From: an uncultured Collinsella sp.
GTDB lineage: Bacteria > Actinomycetota > Coriobacteriia > Coriobacteriales > Coriobacteriaceae
Direction: 5' to 3'
NCBI GenBank assembly: GCA_900542945.1
Contig: UQPI01000001.1
Coordinates: forward strand, 6,215-70,214
DNA: 64,000 bases
The position numbers were made by a program, and so were the translations under genes. Under the pieces are notes generated by a model, which saw nothing but the letters and a program-made list of their open reading frames with translations, made no database searches and had not been told where the DNA came from. Within the stretch, counting starts at the first letter, position 1. Every line of letters starts with the position of its first letter. Positions 57,921-64,000 of this stretch are shown one piece after another.

Positions 57921-58036
57921 CCCACCATCTTTCCAGCTTTCCACTTAACTTAACACTTAAGGTGGAAAGCTGGGTAGAAAGCTGGAAAGTTAGGTGGAAA
58001 GCTGGTAAGTTAAGTGGAAAGCTGGAAAGTTGGGAG
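57921..58036 (+). repeat. ~115-bp repeat A: palindrome CCACCATCTTTCCAGCTTTCCAC..GTGGAAAGCTGG followed by tandem GTGGAAAGCTGG(A/T)AAGTT iterons (direct copy at 59549-59644)
   Basis: About 90% identical copies flank gene 58044-59513 in direct orientation. Copy B lacks one iteron. Confidence 0.85.
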
Positions 58037-58043
58037 GTTCGGC

Positions 58044-59513
58044 ATGAACGAGGAATGGTTGGCGCAGGTCATTCATCACCTGCGAACAATAGGAAACGAC
58101 ACCCAGCAGTACGAGGTAAAAGAAGCCAAGGGAGCGCTTCCAAAGAGCATCGTCGAGACGCTCTCGGCATTTTCCAACGCGCAGGGCGGCTTTATCATCC
58201 TCGGCATTTCCGAAAAGAACGGGTTTACGCCTGTCGATGGTTTCGATGCTCGCAAGATGCAAGACGCTCTCTCTTCTGCGTGCGAAAAGCTGACGCCCGT
58301 TGTGAGGCCGGATATCCAAGTGGTTCCCTTTGAGGGAAAACTGGTGCTTTGTGCTCGCATCAAAGAGATGCATCCGCGCGATAAGCCCTGCTATATCACG
58401 GCGCGTGGAATGTACGATTCGTCCTTCCTCCGTACGGGCGACGGCGACCGGCGTATGACTCCCTATGAGGTCGACCGCTTTATGGAGGAGCATGTTCAGC
58501 CCACATACGATGACGAGCCAGTCGAAGGCGCCACGCTCGAAGATCTTGACGCCGATCTTCTGCAAGGGTTTATAAAACGCCAGCGCGAGCTGCATCCTAG
58601 GATTTTGGGCGCCAGAAGCGATGAGGAGATTCTCCTTGACCTGCATGTGACCAAAAAGGTGGAGGACGCAATCGTGCCGACGCTTGCTGCTATTGTTGCG
58701 ATGGGACGGTTTCCGCAAAAGTTCTTCCCACGTCTCAATGTGACCTTTACGGCGTATCCCGGGACCACAAAAACGCAGCGAGTAAGCGACAACAAGCGTT
58801 TTCTGGATTCGCAGACCATTTTGGGGCCGATCCCTTTCATGATTGAAGACGCGCTTGCCGCCGTTGCAAGAAACACCCGAAACGCTGCGGTGATTGAGGG
58901 GGCATTTCGGAAAGATGTGCCCGACTATCCGCCCGTGGCACTGCGCGAGGCAGTGGCGAATGCGCTCATGCATCGCGACTACTCTTCCGCCGCGCGCGGC
59001 TCACAAGTGCAGGTCAACCTGTATATCGACCGTGTCGAGATTCTCAATCCCGGAGGACTGTACGGCGATGTCACAGTCGATTCGCTGGGAACTTCTGGAG
59101 TTTCGTCATCCAGAAACCAGTTTCTTTCAAATATCCTCGAGACCACGCCGTACCCAGGCGGTGGCTACGTGGTCGAAAACCGTGGCACCGGTTATCAGGA
59201 GATAGGCGAGCAGCTTGAGCGTGCAAACATGTTGCCGCCCAAACCAAAAAACTCGACGGTTTCTTTTTCTCTGACGTTCGATAAGCGAAAGATAATGCAG
59301 GCGGAACAGGCGACCTCCGTAGGGCATGTGGACGAGGCAATCTTGGGTTACCTGGCAACGCATTCTTCGGCTTCGGCCAAGGAGCTCACGGAGGCTTCGG
59401 GTTTGAGCAGGAGCGCCGTTTCCAACCACATAAAAGGTTTAATTGGCGCGGGCAAGATTGAACCCATGGAGCCACCGCGCAGCCCGCGACAACGGTATCG
59501 ACTCGCGCGGTAG
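58044..59513 (+). CDS. COG2865-type putative transcriptional regulator (Schlafen/AlbA_2 divergent-AAA domain + HATPase-like + C-terminal wHTH)
   Basis: YEVKEAKGALPKSIVETLSAFSNAQGGFIILGISEKNGFTPVDG is the hallmark AlbA_2 N-terminus. C-terminal HTH-like LSRSAVSNHIKGLIGAGKI. RBS GGGAGG precedes the ATG at 58044. Confidence 0.75.
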   Translation: MNEEWLAQVIHHLRTIGNDTQQYEVKEAKGALPKSIVETLSAFSNAQGGFIILGISEKNGFTPVDGFDARKMQDALSSACEKLTPVVRPDIQVVPFEGKLVLCARIKEMHPRDKPCYITARGMYDSSFLRTGDGDRRMTPYEVDRFMEEHVQPTYDDEPVEGATLEDLDADLLQGFIKRQRELHPRILGARSDEEILLDLHVTKKVEDAIVPTLAAIVAMGRFPQKFFPRLNVTFTAYPGTTKTQRVSDNKRFLDSQTILGPIPFMIEDALAAVARNTRNAAVIEGAFRKDVPDYPPVALREAVANALMHRDYSSAARGSQVQVNLYIDRVEILNPGGLYGDVTVDSLGTSGVSSSRNQFLSNILETTPYPGGGYVVENRGTGYQEIGEQLERANMLPPKPKNSTVSFSLTFDKRKIMQAEQATSVGHVDEAILGYLATHSSASAKELTEASGLSRSAVSNHIKGLIGAGKIEPMEPPRSPRQRYRLAR

Positions 59514-59548
59514 GGCTGTTCGTTGTTCTTGCTTCGGCTTTCCGGCTT

Positions 59549-59644
59549 CCCACCATCTTTCCAACTTTCCACTTAACTTAACACCTAAGGTGGAAAGCTG
59601 GGTGGAAAGCTGGAAAGCTAGGTGGAAAGCTGGAAAGTAAACGG
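59549..59644 (+). repeat. Repeat B, direct copy of the iteron-containing repeat
   Basis: See repeat A. Followed by a G9 tract at 59671-59679 and an AT-rich stretch. Confidence 0.85.
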
Positions 59645-59918
59645 AAGACTGACATGCTAGCTCGGAGGCTGGGGGGGGGTTAATAATTGCACAAACCATA
59701 CCAAGCCAAACAAAAAGATATCAATCTGGTTGGTAAAACACCCTCACTGAGCTGCGAGCTAACTAGCTGCGTAAATAGAACGTAAAGAAATGTCGCAAAT
59801 AAATGGCAAATGCCCAGATGCCGCCGTTGCTATTTTCAATTAACTGCTACGCGCGAACAGCAAAATGCTACTATCTAACATGCACGTAAGAAAGCAGATT
59901 AACGGTTAAGGCTAAGAA

Positions 59919-60323
59919 GTGGCAGGTATGTCGGAAGCAACTAGGACTCGCACGCATGCGCCCGAGGTTAGGCAGCGCGCCGTCGAGATCCTCCAAGAGG
60001 GGGTCGGCCATCGCGCCCTCGCCGCGGAGCTTGGCATTCCCCAGGCCACGGCTCGTCAGTGGGCCCGCGCATATGCCGTGGGCGGTGCCGATGCTGTTCT
60101 CAACGCCGGTTCGCATCATCACACCTATTCGTACGAAGTTAAGCTCGCCGTGGTCAAGGACCGCTTGGAAAACGGCTTAACGGTTCGCGAAGCCATGATC
60201 AAGCACAAGATTCCCAGCGAGTCTTCGGTCAAGGCTTGGTGCCGCCAGTATCGCGAGAGCGGTGAATCCGCGTTGGTCGATAAGCCGCGCGGTCGCAAGC
60301 CGCGCGTTAAAAAGACGGAGTAA
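59919..60323 (+). mobile_element. Solo IS3-family transposase OrfA (HTH) remnant; no OrfB
   Basis: VRQRAVEILQEG...LGIPQATARQWARAY and ...TVREAMIKHKIPSESSVKAWCRQYRESGESALVDKPRGRKPR match IS3/IS150-group OrfA. The next gene is a hydrogenase subunit, so the IS is truncated. The preceding 59.65-59.9 kb is markedly AT-rich. Confidence 0.7.
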
Positions 60324-60579
60324 CGAAAACGTGCGCCTATGGGGCGCATTTTTTCTATCGCGATGCCCCTCTAAGGGCTCTTTCGGATCGGATAAGGCTG
60401 CCGTGGAGTGGGGCGCGCCCTGCACTGCCGCGACGGGGCCCCATATTGCTCTAATACGGACAAGCTCCTTGCCCCGCACGTCCAAAGTCCCACAGTTGGC
60501 CGAAAGCCCGCCATCAGGTGCTCAAATTAGCGCTATAACGTAATACATGTATAGCGTTTTTGCATGGGGGAGTGATGGT

Positions 60580-63462
60580 ATGACGCTACTGTATTTCCTT
60601 ACCCTGTTTCCGCTGGTACCGGCGCTGGGCATGCTGCTTGCGCGCGGTGACCGAGCCCGCGACGCGGTGGGGCTCATAGGCTCCGGCATCATTATGGCGG
60701 TGACGGTTGTAGTCGCCGTCATGTTTTTTGGCACGGGTCCGCAGAGCTTCGAGGTGGCACCGGGCACCTCGCACATGCTCTCCGTCATCAGCTCCGTCAT
60801 CGACGTCATCCTGTGCGCCGTCATCCTGTACAACGCGTACAAATATAGGAACGCGCTCACCACGGTGCTCGGCATAATCCAGCTGGTGGGCTCGCTCGCC
60901 TTTGCAGCCATGACGCTGCCCGCGGCCGAAGCCGTCACGGCGACGCCGCTCTACCTAGACTACATGAGCGTGATTATGGTCCTCGCCGTCGGCATCGTCG
61001 GCAGTCTGATCTGCGTGTATGCCTTGGGCTACATGAAGGACTTCCAGGCGCACGACGAGCACGAGGCAGCGCTGCGCGGGCAGACCGCGCCCGACCGTCG
61101 CCCGCAGTTCCTGGCGCTTATGTTCCTGTTCCTCTCGGCCATGTTCGTCATCGTGACGAGCGATAACCTGGAGTGGCTGTTCTGCGGTTGGGAAATCACC
61201 ACCGTGTGCTCGTTCCTTATGATTGGCTACACGCGCACGCCCGAGGCCATTAAAAACGCCTTCACCCAGATCATCCTCAACATGCTGGGCGGCATCGCGT
61301 TTTTGGCGGGGCTTATGTTCTTGCACGTTAACGGCATGCCGCTGACCATCTCGGGCATGATCGATCTTGCCGGCGCTGGTACCGCGCAATCTGCGCTACT
61401 GGTGATGCCAGTCGTCCTGCTGTCGCTTGCCGCGCTCACCAAGGCCGCGCAGATGCCGTTCCATACCTGGCTGCTCGGTGCTATGGTTGCCCCCACTCCT
61501 ACGAGCGCCCTGCTGCACTCGTCCACCATGGTCAAGGCCGGCGTGTTCCTGATGGTCAAGCTGAGCCCGCTTTATGCCATCTATCCCGTGACCGGCTTCA
61601 TGGTCACGAGTGTGGGCGCCATCACGTTTTTGCTCGCTGCCCTCATGGCCATCTCGCAGAGCAATGCAAAACGCGTGCTTGCGTACTCCACTATCTCCAA
61701 CTTGGGCCTGATCAGCGCCTGCCTGGGCGTCGGTGCGCCCGAGGCCGTCTGGGCTGCCATCTTCCTAATCCTGTTCCACACGGTGGCAAAGTCGCTGCTA
61801 TTCCTGTGTGTGGGCACGGCCGAGCATCATATCGGCAGCCGCAATATCGAGGACATGGACGGTATGTTCAGCCGTATGCCGCACCTGACGCGCCTGATGA
61901 TGCTGGGCATTATGGGCATGTTCGTGGCCCCTTTTGGCATGCTCGTGTCCAAGTGGGGCGCCCTGGTGGCGTTTGCGCAGACCGGCAACGTGCTCATGAT
62001 CATGGTGCTTGCCTTTGGCTCGGCCGCGACGTTCTTCTTCTGGGGCAAGTGGCTTGCCAAGCTTTCGGGCGTCGACCCCACGGCTCAAAACGTTGAAGTC
62101 AATGTCCATAAGACCGAATGGATGGCGCTCAACACCATCGCCGCGCTGCTGATTCTGTGCTGCGTGGCGTTCCCGGTTATCTCGAGCGGTCTGGTGTCGC
62201 CTTGCCTGGCCATGGTGTTTGGCCGCGTGCCGTACGTTATTGGCAAGGACTCCATGTATCTGATGGTGGTTATCGTGGCGTTTATCGCCGTGGTGCTGCT
62301 GACTTCATTCCGCGTGAGCAACAAACCGCACGTAAACGTATATCTTTCGGGCGTGGGAACCGACAAATATCGCCATTTCCGCGGCTCGATGGGACGCGAG
62401 GTGAAGGCCGAAAAGCGCAATTGGTACTCGGAGGACGCCCTTGGCGAGAAGCGTATTGGCCCCGCGGGCAGCGTCGTGTGCTGCAGCATTATCTTGTTTG
62501 CGCTGCTGTGTTGCGCGTGGATTGGGCCCGAGCGGCTTGCCATGAGCGCGCCCTCGGTGCTGCGCGGCAAGTATTTCGAAGGCTCGGGTGTCGTGGGTAT
62601 TTTTATTGGCACCGTGGTGTTTGCCCTGCTGGCGCCGCTTGTGGGCGGCCTGATCGACGGTCTTGACCGTAAGCTTTCGGCCCGCATGCAGGGCCGCGTG
62701 GGCCCGCGCTTGCTGCAGCCCTTCTACGACGTTGCCAAGCTGCTGCGCAAGGCTCCTGCCAGCGTAAACACCATGGACGATACCTACATGGCGTGCGCGC
62801 TCATCTTTACCGTGGTGGGCGGCGGCATCTTTGTGTCGGGCTCTAACACGCTGCTGTGCGCCTTCATGGTTACGCTCGCTGCAATCTTTGTGGTGCTGGC
62901 GTCCGCCTCGACGCAAAGCCCGTTTGCGCAGGTCGGCGCGGACCGCGAGCTGCTGCAGGTCATGAGTTACGAGCCCGCCGTTCTGCTGATGAGCGTGGGC
63001 CTGTACCTTGCCACCGATAGCTTCGACTCCATCGCCGTAACGGGGCAGTCGGCCCCCATCATCGTGTACAGCGCGCCCATTTTCCTTGCGCTGCTCGCGG
63101 TGCTTACCATCAAGCTGCGCAAGTCGCCGTTCGATCTTTCGTACTCGCATCACGCGCATCAGGAGATCGTCCAGGGCGTCGCCACCGAGATGAGCGGCGG
63201 CACGCTGGCCAAGATGACCCTTATGCACTGGTGCGAGACCGTGCTGTTTTTGATGTGGGTGGGCATGTTCTTTGTCTGGGACAACCCGGTGAGCTGGGTC
63301 GTAGCCCTGGTCGTGATGGCCGCGACGTATTTTGTCGAGGTGCTGATCGATAACACCTTCGCCCGTAGCACCTGGCGCAGCTGCTTTAAGCTCGGCTGGG
63401 GCGTGGCGCTGGTGTTTGGCCTGCTCAACCTTATGCCCATCCTCGTCGACGTGTTTATTTAG
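60580..63462 (+). CDS. Group-4 NiFe hydrogenase / formate-hydrogenlyase membrane subunit: fusion of NuoL/HyfB-like antiporter module and NuoH/HycD-like module
   Basis: PF00361-type motif MPFHTWLLGAMVAPTPTSALLHSSTMVKAGVFL. C-terminal GLIDGLDRKLSARMQGRVGPRLLQPFYDVAKLL matches NuoH/HycD. GGGGGAG RBS precedes the ATG at 60580. Confidence 0.75.
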   Translation: MTLLYFLTLFPLVPALGMLLARGDRARDAVGLIGSGIIMAVTVVVAVMFFGTGPQSFEVAPGTSHMLSVISSVIDVILCAVILYNAYKYRNALTTVLGIIQLVGSLAFAAMTLPAAEAVTATPLYLDYMSVIMVLAVGIVGSLICVYALGYMKDFQAHDEHEAALRGQTAPDRRPQFLALMFLFLSAMFVIVTSDNLEWLFCGWEITTVCSFLMIGYTRTPEAIKNAFTQIILNMLGGIAFLAGLMFLHVNGMPLTISGMIDLAGAGTAQSALLVMPVVLLSLAALTKAAQMPFHTWLLGAMVAPTPTSALLHSSTMVKAGVFLMVKLSPLYAIYPVTGFMVTSVGAITFLLAALMAISQSNAKRVLAYSTISNLGLISACLGVGAPEAVWAAIFLILFHTVAKSLLFLCVGTAEHHIGSRNIEDMDGMFSRMPHLTRLMMLGIMGMFVAPFGMLVSKWGALVAFAQTGNVLMIMVLAFGSAATFFFWGKWLAKLSGVDPTAQNVEVNVHKTEWMALNTIAALLILCCVAFPVISSGLVSPCLAMVFGRVPYVIGKDSMYLMVVIVAFIAVVLLTSFRVSNKPHVNVYLSGVGTDKYRHFRGSMGREVKAEKRNWYSEDALGEKRIGPAGSVVCCSIILFALLCCAWIGPERLAMSAPSVLRGKYFEGSGVVGIFIGTVVFALLAPLVGGLIDGLDRKLSARMQGRVGPRLLQPFYDVAKLLRKAPASVNTMDDTYMACALIFTVVGGGIFVSGSNTLLCAFMVTLAAIFVVLASASTQSPFAQVGADRELLQVMSYEPAVLLMSVGLYLATDSFDSIAVTGQSAPIIVYSAPIFLALLAVLTIKLRKSPFDLSYSHHAHQEIVQGVATEMSGGTLAKMTLMHWCETVLFLMWVGMFFVWDNPVSWVVALVVMAATYFVEVLIDNTFARSTWRSCFKLGWGVALVFGLLNLMPILVDVFI

Positions 63463-63473
63463 GAGGCGGCATC

Positions 63474-64000
63474 CATGGATCATAAAATGTCGCGCTCGCC
63501 GTGGGTTATTCATTACGACGGCTCGAGTTGCAACGGATGCGATATCGAGGTGCTGGCCTCGCTCACGCCACTGTTCGATGCGGAGCGCTTTGGCGTGGTC
63601 AATACCGGCAACCCCAAGCATGCGGATATCTTTTTGGTGACGGGTTCGGTCAATGCTCAGAACCTGCCTGTCGTGCGCCAGATTTACAACCAGATGCTCG
63701 AGCCCAAGTGCGTGGTGGCCTGCGGTATCTGCGCGTGCTCGGGCGGTGTGTTTCGCGATGCCTACAACGTGATCGGCGGCGTGGATCGCGCGATTCCCGT
63801 GGACGTGTACGCGCCCGGGTGCGCTATTCGCCCCGAAACGGTGATCGATGCCATCGTGGAGGCGTGCGGCATCCTGGACCAGAAGGAGGCCGTGATGCGC
63901 GCCGGCGGCGATCCGCTCACCGTGGGCGGTGCCGCAACCTGGGACGGCGGCGTTGGGCTGGGCGAGGACGGGTTTGTGGCTGCGGGGGCCGGGGCTGACG
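63474..64000 (+). CDS. NuoB-like NiFe hydrogenase small subunit (HycG/EchC-type), 3' partial
   Basis: Open frame from the ATG at 63474 to the window end. Cys motifs CNGCD, GSV, CGICACSGG and PGC are typical of NuoB-family small subunits. Confidence 0.75.

Noticed and set aside
63501-63998. ORF-track frame 63501-63998 (Arg/Gly-rich)
   Set aside because: Wrong frame. The NuoB-like small subunit is encoded from ATG 63474 in a different frame that stays open to the window end.

Overview
High-GC Gram-positive chromosome segment. The gene content and proline-rich sortase suggest a Coriobacteriia-like gut actinobacterium. Many of the listed ORFs are antisense shadow frames, as expected at this GC content, and have been ignored. 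The left half of the window (1-36.9 kb) is core and housekeeping. It contains the 3' end of a huge sortase-anchored GH31-like multidomain glycosidase and its terminator. Next come purE, a class B sortase, a MoaE-like protein and a membrane protein. A purF-purM-purN cluster follows, then a RelB/PIN toxin-antitoxin pair, a PTS EIIA, a PrsA-like PPIase and a YqeY protein. After these lie a 4-gene polar amino-acid ABC transporter, a cytidylate-kinase-like gene and nfnAB (convergent). The conserved glmU-prs-...-pth locus is interrupted by an unknown gene bracketed by two MITE-like elements. An ECF transporter module (EcfT, fused EcfAA', S component) follows, then xth, a sirtuin, a FolP-FolK fusion with a large low-complexity insert, and a degenerate BPL-like gene. 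From a tRNA-Met(CAT) at 39.4 kb to an IS3 orfA remnant at 60.3 kb the content is accessory. It includes two DUF4143/AAA ATPase cassettes bounded by palindromes or iterons, a COG2865 (Schlafen/AlbA_2-type) regulator flanked by ~115-bp direct repeats with iterons, and poly-G tracts. The centrepiece is a four-gene operon: three TasA/camelysin-like proteins with SipW-cognate-type signal peptides, followed by a 3635-aa secreted GLUG-repeat beta-helical giant protein. This is a candidate undescribed sortase-independent surface fibre/adhesin system. The window ends in group-4 NiFe hydrogenase membrane and small-subunit genes. Several dispersed hairpin-repeat families are present, including a non-CRISPR array of palindromic units.
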